Virus record (IMG/VR): IMGVR_UViG_3300033571_011534
Coordinates: 11,732 to 75,731 of that record
DNA from: a virus
Direction: 5' to 3' (one strand)
DNA: 64,000 nt
Shown here piece after piece: positions 18,811 through 28,248 of this stretch; position 1 is the first letter of the stretch, and the number at the start of each line of letters is the position of its first letter. The notes beneath the pieces are model-generated. The model did not search any database and was not told the DNA's origin. It worked only from the letters and a program-made list of their open reading frames with translations. A program made the position numbers and the translations under genes.

Positions 18811-19688
18811 TACCCAATCTCCTTCACTACCGCCTGAATGGTGTAACTAGCAGACTGCCCATCAAAGGTTATTGTCTCTGATGACAAGTTTTCAAGAACA
18901 TAGGTCAACAGAGATCCCTCTGGTGCGGTTACGCTATCGACATAGTGTATCTGTGGCACAGAAATTCCATCAAAATAAAATGAGCCTAGTAGAGTGGGGG
19001 ATTGCTCTGAGTTAATAAATCTTCTCAAGCCAATGTTACCTTGAGCTGACTGAAGAGCCTTTCCAAAAACAAAAGAAACCTCTACTTTTGAATTATCTTT
19101 TGTTGTAGTAATTGCTGGCGCTAGAGGGACAAGTGCTCCTGAATTTTGATATCCAAAAACTGGAGCAATACCTAGACCAGCAGCCGTTACGGAATCAAGT
19201 CCGACAATACTAATTGATTGGCCAGTAAGGTTCACTACGCTAATTGCTCCTGCAGATGAAGAAGATCCAGAGGCGACTGTTTTCCACGTCTCGTCTGCTG
19301 CATCATAAACTTTGATTTCTTTTGTTGAGCTATTTACCCACAAAAGACCGTTTTCTTCAGCCGATGGCTGAGATTCTTGATAATATGCTACAAAAAAGTT
19401 TTCGTATATTGGGGCATTTGAGTTTGCGTCTACCCAAATAGCACCGTCCACTTTGCTTGATGGCTCATTTGGTGAGTAGGCAGATCCAATTCCGAGCTGC
19501 TCCAAAGTCTGCAGCCTTAGGTTTGCTGATTGGAGGTGGCCAGCAACGGAATTAGGGATTACCTGGCTAACATTAGATGGAACTGTTTTAGTTCCATAAT
19601 GGAAAATCTTCAAGGCATCCTGAATGTTTGCGTTTTCAGAAAGGCTTGGTACTTGTGTCGAGAATATTGGTCCGATTGATTCTGGCAT
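18810..19688 (-). CDS. Structural protein
   Basis: G.IWVD / G.LWVN fibre-type repeats; tail module context. Confidence 0.5.
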   Translation of the reverse strand: MPESIGPIFSTQVPSLSENANIQDALKIFHYGTKTVPSNVSQVIPNSVAGHLQSANLRLQTLEQLGIGSAYSPNEPSSKVDGAIWVDANSNAPIYENFFVAYYQESQPSAEENGLLWVNSSTKEIKVYDAADETWKTVASGSSSSAGAISVVNLTGQSISIVGLDSVTAAGLGIAPVFGYQNSGALVPLAPAITTTKDNSKVEVSFVFGKALQSAQGNIGLRRFINSEQSPTLLGSFYFDGISVPQIHYVDSVTAPEGSLLTYVLENLSSETITFDGQSASYTIQAVVKEIG

Positions 19689-19730
19689 AGTTTTTTATCA
19701 CCAGGATTATTGTATCATAATACTATTAAA

Positions 19731-20489
19731 TTATGACTCTTCATCTGGCTGCTCAGAGGTATTTCCAATATTTGCAGTCACAACAATGTTTAGGCTTCTA
19801 ATGCCAGTAAGTGGTGCCCATGACACAACTGGAAGCTGGGTCTGTGGGTTAATGGTCGTAGTTGCCTCTACCGCACTAATAAGAACTGGCAAGAAAATTG
19901 TTCCCTGAACCTCATTGGCCAAAATTGGGCCTAGAGATATTGAACTTGAAATTGGGTTATTTACAATTCCAGTTCCCTGTGGATTATTTATTGGGTCAAA
20001 AAGCTCTGGATCGTTTTTTGACAAAATGCTGTACTGGACGTTAAAGTTTTCAGAGTTTACGAGTCCGAGTTCATCGAGGGAAAAGAAGTCATTTAGAGGA
20101 AAAATAAGTCCTGGAAGCTTTTGATTACCAACTGTACGAACCGCCTGACCATTAAGAAATTCTACGTCAATATTTGCAATTGCGGTATTTGGAATAAGCC
20201 TTAAAATTCTTTCCCATACAGCAACTCCATTAACATTCTGATACTGATATAGGAACAAGTACTCATTGTCTGATGGCTTCAAATTAATGTAAAAATCAAA
20301 AATTTGTGGAGTAGAGTTTGTTGGCTGAGATGGAGAAGCAATAATCACATTCGGATCTGTTGGCTTTCCGTCTCCCCTAAAGATATACGTTCCTCTTGAT
20401 CCTGGTGGGCCATAGTCAAGAGAGATGTCTAATAATGATGGGCCACCTAGAACTGACAGCTGATTATTAGAAAATACAACTTCTGTCAT
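19731..20489 (-). CDS. Structural protein
   Basis: GPPGSRG...G.G.P motif; context. Confidence 0.45.
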   Translation of the reverse strand: MTEVVFSNNQLSVLGGPSLLDISLDYGPPGSRGTYIFRGDGKPTDPNVIIASPSQPTNSTPQIFDFYINLKPSDNEYLFLYQYQNVNGVAVWERILRLIPNTAIANIDVEFLNGQAVRTVGNQKLPGLIFPLNDFFSLDELGLVNSENFNVQYSILSKNDPELFDPINNPQGTGIVNNPISSSISLGPILANEVQGTIFLPVLISAVEATTTINPQTQLPVVSWAPLTGIRSLNIVVTANIGNTSEQPDEES

Positions 20490-20491
20490 AG

Positions 20492-20863
20492 TTATGCCCC
20501 AGTTACTTGCTCTTCAACGGAAATAGTCCCAGTTAGCAACGTGTAAACCTTGTTGTATGGAGTATCTGTCTTATTTATCTCAACGTCATAGAAGTAATCT
20601 TTTGATGCGTCTAGAGCGTTACCGTCATTTGGTCTAATAGCGCAGGTAATGTGAGTTCTGTCCAAAGAAATCTCTGCATAGGCCTCAACCTTGCTTGTAC
20701 GTCCTGGAAGCCCTCTTTCTGCCGAAATAGTAAACTTCACACCGTTGAGTCTGTCGTATCCATCCAAGCTAAACGATTGACCGTTATTCTGCTTTGGGTA
20801 GATTTTAAACTCATACGTGTCGCCACGGTAATAGTTAATATTAAGATTAGCTGGAAATGCCAT
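20492..20863 (-). CDS. BppU-N-like tail/baseplate protein
   Basis: YRGDT...YDVEI...TLLTGTI.V..QVT. Confidence 0.5.
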   Translation of the reverse strand: MAFPANLNINYYRGDTYEFKIYPKQNNGQSFSLDGYDRLNGVKFTISAERGLPGRTSKVEAYAEISLDRTHITCAIRPNDGNALDASKDYFYDVEINKTDTPYNKVYTLLTGTISVEEQVTGA

Positions 20864-20880
20864 AGCCTTATTATAGCATG

Positions 20881-21588
20881 CTACATGACAAAAACTGTAA
20901 AACTTTTAACTTTTAGTAGACAATCGTAGTCTGAACGAATCTGGACAAATATTCCGTTTTGCCTTTGAATTGCCTTTTCGACTATCATCGTATGCTCAAT
21001 AGAGATTCCATAAGTATGTGGGTACTTTAAGCTTGCAGCAAAGGTAGATTGTTCGATTTCAGTCATAGTGCTTTTGCACCAAATCTCTGTATTTGGCATT
21101 AAGCTTTCTACCTCAAAATCGTAAACGACCTTTACCAAAGCGCCAATATTTAGCCCTTTTAGGTTTATTAGCTTAGAGTTAGAGTTATACAGTGTTCCAG
21201 CGTTTTCTGGTAAGTATTCCTCAATTTTGCTACTAACATCAACTGATACCTTTACCCAGCCATCTTTTCCCTGATCAGCTCCTAGTCTATAGGTTTTACT
21301 GCCAGAGTCATAGTATTTGGCAAATCCTGGATTTTGATTGTTTTTTAGAATAAACGGGCTTCCGTCTTTTCCATTTGCTCCTGGCTTTCCAGGTTGTCCT
21401 GCATCACCCTTTGGACCAGTGTCTCCTTTTGGTCCAGGATCTCCCTTAGGACCTTGGTCGCCTTTTGGACCAGCTGGGCCAGGAACAGAAATAAATCCTT
21501 CCTGTCTTTGTATTGGGGTATTCTGGACTAATTCAGCATATCTATTCTTAGACTCTACTGGAAAGGACATATTCTTAGATAAGGCCAA
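20881..21588 (-). CDS. Collagen-repeat structural protein
   Basis: About 13 consecutive Gly-X-Y triplets (GPAGPKGDQGPKGDP...). Confidence 0.8.
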   Translation of the reverse strand: MALSKNMSFPVESKNRYAELVQNTPIQRQEGFISVPGPAGPKGDQGPKGDPGPKGDTGPKGDAGQPGKPGANGKDGSPFILKNNQNPGFAKYYDSGSKTYRLGADQGKDGWVKVSVDVSSKIEEYLPENAGTLYNSNSKLINLKGLNIGALVKVVYDFEVESLMPNTEIWCKSTMTEIEQSTFAASLKYPHTYGISIEHTMIVEKAIQRQNGIFVQIRSDYDCLLKVKSFTVFVM

Positions 21589-21599
21589 CTATGCTCTCC

Positions 21600-21686
21600 C
21601 TATTTTTTTACTGGAAACGACTTTCCGTTAATCTTTACTACTGATGGTAAATTCTTAGGTGTATTGCTAACTCTGATAACTGGCAT
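21600..21686 (-). CDS. 28-aa small protein
   Basis: MPVIRVSNTPKNLPSVVKINGKSFPVKK; ATG overlaps the upstream stop and fills the gap. Confidence 0.4.
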   Translation of the reverse strand: MPVIRVSNTPKNLPSVVKINGKSFPVKK

Positions 21687-22069
21687 TATAGTGATCCTGT
21701 AGTTACATCACTTAAAACCTTGATGGTTCCAATAACTGGTGTCCAAATAGATCCATCTTCTAGTGTTACCTGTAGGTCAAATGGCAATTCTGCTACCGTT
21801 TTTGCAAATCCTATTCCCCAGGACTCTGTTATTTCAGGAGAGGCAATAATGTCGACATATCCAGAAAAGACCTGAACCTCTAGTTCATCCAAGAAGTCTC
21901 CTCTTAGGTCATAGGAGGTAGCGGCAAAGGTCCAGGAAGAGGTGTTAAACTTAGTAACTTCGTCATCTTCAAGGAATTCAATCCTGATAGAAGAACTATC
22001 TCCTCTTACAACTTGCCAGGTAACATTGGCTGGATCGGCACCAAAAACTTCGGGGACACATAGACTCAT
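21686..22069 (-). CDS. BppU-N-like tail/baseplate protein
   Basis: W.VVRGDS...FDLQV...WTPV.GTI.V.SDVT. Confidence 0.5.
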   Translation of the reverse strand: MSLCVPEVFGADPANVTWQVVRGDSSSIRIEFLEDDEVTKFNTSSWTFAATSYDLRGDFLDELEVQVFSGYVDIIASPEITESWGIGFAKTVAELPFDLQVTLEDGSIWTPVIGTIKVLSDVTTGSL

Positions 22070-22098
22070 AATACTATTATTATACCTCCATATAAAAG

Positions 22099-22145
22099 AA
22101 CTAGCATCCAGGATGGTGGGTATGAGAACAGCCTGAATGCTAGTT
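22099..22145 (-). ncRNA. Candidate hairpin small RNA
   Basis: 14-bp stem with G-U valid on minus strand, own TGTTATAAT just upstream, U-tract after. Confidence 0.4.
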
Positions 22146-22266
22146 GTTTAAATTATAACATATAGATAACATTGGCATAAAAAACACTATATATAGTAGT
22201 TACCAAATTGTTATGAAATCTTTATAAAAACGTAATAAAAAATATCGTTTGTTTCTGCTATAATCC

Positions 22267-22339
22267 TATATATATAATATATATAAATATATATAATATA
22301 TTAATATTAAGTATATATTAATAATTAATATATAATAAT
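22267..22339. repeat. Extreme AT tract
   Basis: 73 bp with a single G; (TA)n-like. Confidence 0.85.
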
Positions 22340-22346
22340 CGGTTTT

Positions 22347-22682
22347 TTACTTTTTGTCAAAATGATTTAGAAGTGCCTCGAAAAGTTTATCAATTTTTTC
22401 TTCTAATCTAAAACTATCTTTTTTAAGATCTTTTACATCTTGGTCAATTTTATTGATTTTATTATAGATTTCTTTGTGGTCTGATTCCATTTTATTTACC
22501 TGGTCCTTTAAGCTTGAACCTCCATTAGGCTTTAATTCCTTGGCCACATTAGTAATCTCGTCTTTAATGAAAACGGTAAATTTTTTGTGGATTTTGTAGA
22601 CAATTGTTGACGCCAGCGTAATCAGGGTAAGAATTCCAACAGTTAGGGGCACGTAAGTTTGTAGCCATTCAACAAGAGTCAT
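22347..22682 (-). CDS. Membrane-anchored coiled-coil protein (possible lysis accessory)
   Basis: N-terminal TM helix, ELKPNGGSSLKDQV motif common in actinophages, heptad tail. Confidence 0.55.
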   Translation of the reverse strand: MTLVEWLQTYVPLTVGILTLITLASTIVYKIHKKFTVFIKDEITNVAKELKPNGGSSLKDQVNKMESDHKEIYNKINKIDQDVKDLKKDSFRLEEKIDKLFEALLNHFDKK

Positions 22683-22749
22683 ATCTATAATTATATTGTT
22701 TTTTTAAACATTTTTGCGCATGGTATAATTTATTTCTAGGAGAAAAACT

Positions 22750-23388
22750 ATGTCGGTTCAGGTTATTGATAGCTACATTTCGGATTACGATGCAAGGATG
22801 ATCATCGATGGATTTTCTCCGCACCTGGTAGCCAGCGGCCGAATTGGTATGGCTGAGGCTCAGTACGCAGATCCAGTTAAGGCGATTAACAACATTTACG
22901 AAGGTAAGCCGATTATTGACAATGAGGAGTCACTTGAGGCTGCAGCACTTTTTACAGAAACTGTTAACAAGATCGCAAAAGAGATCAGCGAATTTTACAA
23001 CGTAGAGGCAGTGCCTGCAAGCTCGATTTTTGCAGAGGTTTCTCAAGGCGGTAAAAATGGACTTCACTGCGATAGTGTCATGATAGACGGCACTCCGTGG
23101 CCAGATAATGACGATACACTGGATGGTCTTGAGTTTTCGGCATTATTGTATTTAAATACTTCGGGGGTAGATTACGAAGGCGGTCAAATCGTATTTCCAA
23201 ATCAAAAGATCACGATAACGCCAGAAGTCGGTAAATTGATTTTCTTTCGGGGCGATATTGATCACCCACATGAAGTTTCCGAAGTAACCGCAGGCACAAG
23301 ATATGCATTAGTTTTGTTTTATGGCTCCGCTGATAAAGTAAAGCAATATCAGAGATTTAAGTCAAAGCTCAATTTCGGCGGTATATAG
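22750..23388 (+). CDS. 2OG-Fe(II) oxygenase
   Basis: HCD, LYLN..DYEGGQI.FP, HEV..V..GTRY. Confidence 0.88.
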   Translation: MSVQVIDSYISDYDARMIIDGFSPHLVASGRIGMAEAQYADPVKAINNIYEGKPIIDNEESLEAAALFTETVNKIAKEISEFYNVEAVPASSIFAEVSQGGKNGLHCDSVMIDGTPWPDNDDTLDGLEFSALLYLNTSGVDYEGGQIVFPNQKITITPEVGKLIFFRGDIDHPHEVSEVTAGTRYALVLFYGSADKVKQYQRFKSKLNFGGI

Positions 23389-23481
23389 AGATACCATAAC
23401 CACCATACAGTAAAACCCTGTAATATGGTTATTTGCACTAAAAAGCCTGACATGCTATAATATTAAGACAAGGTGGGTTAT

Positions 23482-23682
23482 ATGTCTAAAGATGTACGAT
23501 TTATAGACCTTTTCGATCCTAATCAGCCTAGGAGCGATAGAGAGCTAATCGAGTACAGGCTTAGTATCTGTAATCAATGTCCCTGGTTTAATAAAAACCT
23601 AGCCAAATGTAAAAAGTGCGGGTGTTTTATGAAGCTAAAAAGTACACTACAACAAGCTAAATGTCCAATAGATAGGTGGTAA
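23482..23682 (+). CDS. Small Cys-rich protein (DUF6171-like)
   Basis: R.SIC..CP...CKKCGCFM..K.....CP..RW. Confidence 0.65.
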   Translation: MSKDVRFIDLFDPNQPRSDRELIEYRLSICNQCPWFNKNLAKCKKCGCFMKLKSTLQQAKCPIDRW

Positions 23683-23870
23683 AAGTGACTAGAGAAGAAA
23701 TTGTACAGAAGATGGTTGAAATTGCAGAAGCATTTAACCTACAGGCTATGGAAGCAGCTAATCTTCCAACAGACCAAGCAGAACAGATGGCTGCACAGGT
23801 TAGGCCACAGTTGTATACAATCCAAGGCGAGATTTATGATACCCTCGTCGAAGATGGAGTTATTCAGTAA
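23676..23870 (+). CDS. Hypothetical protein
   Basis: Overlaps the upstream gene; plausible helical protein. Confidence 0.5.
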   Translation: MVKVTREEIVQKMVEIAEAFNLQAMEAANLPTDQAEQMAAQVRPQLYTIQGEIYDTLVEDGVIQ

Positions 23871-23966
23871 TTCTTATTAAGATGGATTCTGTGGAGTCTT
23901 GCAAGGACACTTGTCATTACAGCCACATGCCATCTTGTGCTTAATAATCAACATAGGAGTATTATA

Positions 23967-24164
23967 ATGCAAAAATTTTATTTTAGACCAAACCTTGATA
24001 TAGTCAAGGAAAGATACCTTCACAATGCTGGATTTGAGTATAAGGTTCCAGCTGATGTCTTTAATGCTTTGTTAGTTGTAGAAGCAGAAGATCTGGATAC
24101 CGCCAAAGAAATCAGGATAGGTATTACCGATATCGATATGTGGGAGCAAGTAGATAGCGAATAG
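23967..24164 (+). CDS. Hypothetical protein
   Basis: AGGAG RBS before MQKF. Confidence 0.55.
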   Translation: MQKFYFRPNLDIVKERYLHNAGFEYKVPADVFNALLVVEAEDLDTAKEIRIGITDIDMWEQVDSE

Positions 24165-24347
24165 TCCGTTATCATTTTGTTATAATTAATACCCGCTGAA
24201 ATCTGAAAAAATTTTCAAATTGACAAAAATCTGAATATTTTTTAACTATGTACGATACACGATCTTGCAAAAAAAATAAAAAAGCATAGTGAGCACACAC
24301 GTACCCGTACGCCTTCTTACATTTTTTATGAGACTGGTGCCTGCTTT

Positions 24348-24563
24348 CTATTTTAGAATAGAAAGACTAGCTAATGCATCTTCTACATTGTCAAACATTG
24401 CAGTAAAAGCATCTAGTGATTTTTGCTTTCGCAATTCACCACACACTTTCAAATCGTGATTAGCTTTCCATTTTTTAGCATCTAGGTAGTAGCTCAAAAA
24501 AGTTTCTTGTTCGTATTCACAATTTGAGCAACGAGTCTTGCGATACATTGTTGTTTTAGTCAT
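24348..24563 (-). CDS. Hypothetical early protein (CxxC)
   Basis: AAAGGA RBS; in leftward mini-operon. Confidence 0.55.
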   Translation of the reverse strand: MTKTTMYRKTRCSNCEYEQETFLSYYLDAKKWKANHDLKVCGELRKQKSLDAFTAMFDNVEDALASLSILK

Positions 24564-24662
24564 TTAGTTATTTTCCTTTTCATTTAGAGAGATTGTTAGT
24601 TGAGTGATTGAAGAGATTGCGTTATCGAACTCTTCCCAAGTTTCGAATGTTAGGGTAATCAT

Positions 24663-24860
24663 TTATTCACCGTCCCAACAAGTGTTCCAGTCAGTTTCGC
24701 AAGGCTCCCAATACTGAAAGCTTGAGCAGAAAGCGCAACCTGCGAACTTATCGTGCTTGATACAGTAAGCCCTATCCTGGTATTCATCACAACAGCGGAA
24801 TAGGTCATCACCGCTTAGGGTGTAGTAGTAATCACTTACCTTGAACATTGTTTGAGTCAT
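24663..24860 (-). CDS. Hypothetical Cys-rich early protein
   Basis: AGAAAGGATA RBS; downstream of the minus-strand promoter at 24968-24991. Confidence 0.6.
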   Translation of the reverse strand: MTQTMFKVSDYYYTLSGDDLFRCCDEYQDRAYCIKHDKFAGCAFCSSFQYWEPCETDWNTCWDGE

Positions 24861-24886
24861 AATTATCCTTTCTAAACTCTAGGTTT

Positions 24887-24934
24887 TTATTTGCTAGGCT
24901 CATACCGCTAAGGGTCTTATTTGCTAGGCTCATA
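24887..24934. repeat. 18-bp direct repeat x2
   Basis: ttatttgctaggctcata at 24887 and 24917. Confidence 0.9.
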
Positions 24935-25057
24935 ACCTTTTTTTTCTTATTTATTTATCTTGCTTTTAGCCTAACACGAACCTACGACATTTATACCCCT
25001 TTTTCTAGCCTTTTTGATACAAACTTTAGACTAATTTTTTGTAGGGTATCTACAAAG

Positions 25058-25087
25058 TTATCCACAGGCATAGAATAGTTATCCACA
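25058..25087 (+). promoter_or_regulatory. Two perfect DnaA boxes
   Basis: TTATCCACA at 25058-25066 and 25079-25087. Confidence 0.7.
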
Positions 25088-25241
25088 GGTGCGCCGAGGC
25101 CCTATATCTAGTAGTACTAATTAAGTTACGATACTAGATCTAGATCTCCCAGAATTATAACAAAATGATAACAACAACGGCGTGTCGCTTGATAAATGTC
25201 GTAGGGTTGTGGTAGGTTGTTAGTAGTTAGAAAGGATAGAA

Positions 25242-25466
25242 ATGAATAACGAACTATTTGAGAAATTGGTATCACTAAAGACTGATACTCATACCGCTAG
25301 GTTTAGCGATGATGGCTCTGCCGTCAAACACGATGAAGAAAAATACCAAAAGGCTTTGGCTAGTCAAAACGACTTTACTGATGAAGAGATAACAGCGGAG
25401 AGTGTTCGCCGTTGGAACCTGATGATACAGAAAATGAACGAGGCATACCAAGCCAAAATGTCCTAG
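25242..25466 (+). CDS. Hypothetical early protein
   Basis: AGAAAGGATA RBS, promoter at 25195. Confidence 0.65.
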   Translation: MNNELFEKLVSLKTDTHTARFSDDGSAVKHDEEKYQKALASQNDFTDEEITAESVRRWNLMIQKMNEAYQAKMS

Positions 25467-25501
25467 GGTTATGCTAGGCTAATTTTAGAAAGAAGGAAAA
25501 A

Positions 25502-25681
25502 ATGGAAGAAAAAATCTGTGTATTTTGTATGAACCTAGTCAATGACTATGTATGCTTTGAGTGTGATGACTACAAGGGTCTAATGCCACTAAAGGAAGCT
25601 GAGAGCTATCTAGGTGAGGACTTCCCTGAAGAGTACCGCCAACCAATGGCTATCTATGGGCAGAGGCTCTACTGGCAATAA
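25502..25681 (+). CDS. Small CxxC..CxxC protein
   Basis: MEEKICVFC...CFEC; RBS and promoter at 25457. Confidence 0.55.
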   Translation: MEEKICVFCMNLVNDYVCFECDDYKGLMPLKEAESYLGEDFPEEYRQPMAIYGQRLYWQ

Positions 25682-25893
25682 ATGTCAGAGGGTCATGCTA
25701 GGTTATAAGTAATTAGAAAGGATAAAGATGTACTACAACAGAGAAGCCCACCAACTACTAGAGGACACCCTAAAGGTTCTTCAGGCTAAAAGAAAACACG
25801 CCTACCCATACATGGTTGGACTACTAATGCCAAATGTTCCTTTGACAGAGGCTAAGAGAATTGCTAAGATTGTAGAAGAAATGGAGAGTGAAA

Positions 25894-26070
25894 ATGACTG
25901 AGGAAGATTTCGATGATTGGCTAGATGATGTTTATCCAACTTATCAAATTGCGGGGGTAGAGTTGCGTCCCTCACAAATGCTAAAGAACTGCGACCCTAT
26001 CGCATACAGAATTGCGATGTCAGAATGTGAAGATAGAGAAGAGGAATGGAATGGCTACTTTGACAACTGA
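25894..26070 (+). CDS. Small acidic phage protein
   Basis: FDDWLDDVYP...PSQMLK..DPIAYR motif seen in phage early genes. Confidence 0.55.
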   Translation: MTEEDFDDWLDDVYPTYQIAGVELRPSQMLKNCDPIAYRIAMSECEDREEEWNGYFDN

Positions 26071-26722
26071 AGAACTAGAAACCCTAATTTTTCAAATTGA
26101 CCTAATGCTATCTGATGACAAAATGTCTGAGGGTGTTGGTAGTCTTTTTACAACAAGAGAGGATAACTAAATGATTTTTTATAACGGATTCAATCTAATG
26201 ATTGATTTGATTTTGGTTGCTGTTGTGTATGTTGTTGCTCACGGAATTGGATACCGCAAAGGCTTAGACAAAAACAAAACACCATTTTAGCAACACGCCA
26301 AAGCCAGGGCTTGACAATTCTGGTTTTTTGGGCCGAGGCGATCTGATCGGGCCCCAAATTTTGTTTACGAAGATGTTTACGAAATTCCCAAAAAATCTCC
26401 CAAAAATGTCAGAGGGTCAATGTATAATAAGGCTATGAAACTAGGAAAAGCTAATGAATCAAGACGCAAGGCGGAAAGTCAAGAACTATTCCGCAACTTA
26501 CTAAAAGCTCCTCACCTAGTTTCTACCCCTCAAAAATACAAGGGTAGCCGTCAGTCTAACAAGACTAACGCTATCAAGGAAAGTAGAGCAAGTGAGTAAT
26601 TATAACTGTTGGGACTGTAATAAACTAACTAGACACTTATTCGAATACAGAACAATAAATGTCTGTGCCTCATGCTATGCTATTAGAGTTGGACACCCCT
26701 CAGCAAGAAAGTTGGTAAAGTA

Positions 26723-26884
26723 ATGGGAAAGTATTCTGTTGGCTATGACGGTTTCGTTATCGTCAATGCTAAGAATGAGGAAGAGGCCTATAACAAGGCT
26801 AACAAGTATCTAAGCAAGACTAACCTTATCAATGATGGTGATGAGGGTGAATGGTATCTTACTGAAGCGGAAGAGATAAAGTAA
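26723..26884 (+). CDS. Small acidic protein, VEA.SEEEA-type family
   Basis: MGKYSV...IVNAKNEEEAY; coupled by TAATG overlaps. Confidence 0.5.
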   Translation: MGKYSVGYDGFVIVNAKNEEEAYNKANKYLSKTNLINDGDEGEWYLTEAEEIK

Positions 26885-27186
26885 TGGGAAGAATGACGGC
26901 CATGTCAATTGCAGAGACAGATGTATCACTAGAGCAACAACTAGCCTGGCACCTTCAAGGGAATCACTATCCACCAATTCCAAAAGCAATGGTTCAACCC
27001 TGCATAGACGCTATTGACGCTTATTGGGAAGAGGACTATGACAGACTAATCCAATTGCCAATTGATGGCTTAGACCGTAATGGAGAGCCATTCCAAATTA
27101 GATGGCGTGATGGCTCAGACAAGGCCCCTGCATGGGCATTAGTTGAACACGCTCACCTTGACAGTTGGCTGCCTGAAATAGAATAA
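26884..27186 (+). CDS. Conserved actinophage protein
   Basis: WHLQGNHYPP...CIDAI...APAWALVE.AHL..W. Confidence 0.65.
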   Translation: MGRMTAMSIAETDVSLEQQLAWHLQGNHYPPIPKAMVQPCIDAIDAYWEEDYDRLIQLPIDGLDRNGEPFQIRWRDGSDKAPAWALVEHAHLDSWLPEIE

Positions 27187-27230
27187 ATGTCAGACGTCGT
27201 CTGTATAATTGTCTAAGAAAGGATACCCCA

Positions 27231-27950
27231 ATGCCCCTAATACGTTCAAAAGATAGAAAGGTAACAAATGCTGTATCTCCGAATGGTAAGTCGCCCACTA
27301 TTGCTAACACCTTTGGGCTTCCGTCTGGTAAAGCGTTTTCCTGCCCTGGAGCGACTAGTGTATGCGAGAAAGTCTGCTACGCTGGCAAGCTTGAGAAAAT
27401 CTACAAGGGAGTAAAAGACGTTCTTCTAAACAATTGGGACCTGCTACGTAATGCAGACCAATTGGAGATGGAAGCGCTACTTTACCAAATGATAGATGAG
27501 TTTGATAAAGACTGTAACAAGCGCAATGCAGAAAAGCTGTTTCGAATTCACTGGGATGGAGACTTCTTCAATGAGACTTACACTCACGCTTGGAAGAATG
27601 TAATCAAGGCTTGGCCTAGCATTCAATTCTGGGTATACACTCGTTCAGACTTTTCGGTACCTATTCTTAGCGATGTTGACAACCTTAGCCTGTACTTCTC
27701 AACTGATGATGACAACTGGCAGCTGGCTAGTAAGTTGAAGCAAGAGACTGGCGTCAAGCTTGCATACCTTGCCAATAACTTTGCAATGGGTAAAGAGCGG
27801 ATGTTGTCTATAACACCTAAGTCTGCAATTCCTTGTCCTGAGAATGCTAAGAAACTTCCGCTAATCAGTGACAAGGGCTCCGCCTGCGTAACTTGCGGAC
27901 AGTGTGTGTTCGCTCGCAATGACATTTTATTTAGCGCTAGCAAAAAGTAA
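27231..27950 (+). CDS. GP88-family protein (radical-SAM-like Cys motif)
   Basis: CPGATSVCEKVCYA, FRIHWDGDFF, FWVYTRS, C-terminal CP..C..C..C. Confidence 0.7.
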   Translation: MPLIRSKDRKVTNAVSPNGKSPTIANTFGLPSGKAFSCPGATSVCEKVCYAGKLEKIYKGVKDVLLNNWDLLRNADQLEMEALLYQMIDEFDKDCNKRNAEKLFRIHWDGDFFNETYTHAWKNVIKAWPSIQFWVYTRSDFSVPILSDVDNLSLYFSTDDDNWQLASKLKQETGVKLAYLANNFAMGKERMLSITPKSAIPCPENAKKLPLISDKGSACVTCGQCVFARNDILFSASKK

Positions 27951-28248
27951 GGAGATGAGGTAAAATATACCATGGACGCATTTTATATCATAACTATTTT
28001 ACTTCTTATGTCTCTATTGCTAGTCTCTACTAATCGAAAATAGACTCATGCTATAGGGGCATGTAAACTGTAGGGATCTTCTTACATCCTTTCTTAGGTC
28101 CTTACCGTCCTGGCTACGACGTAAAACTGGCCACAATCTGGGCCGAGGGCTTTATAACAAAATAATAAAGATTTAAGATCCTTTACGACACGCTCCCAAA
28201 ATGTCGTAGGGTTGGTGTATAGTAATACTACCTAACAGAAAGTAGAGT

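Noticed and set aside
26017-26040. Additional TGTC promoter candidates at ~26018 and 32366
   Set aside because: No TANNNT hexamer at the 12-bp spacing.
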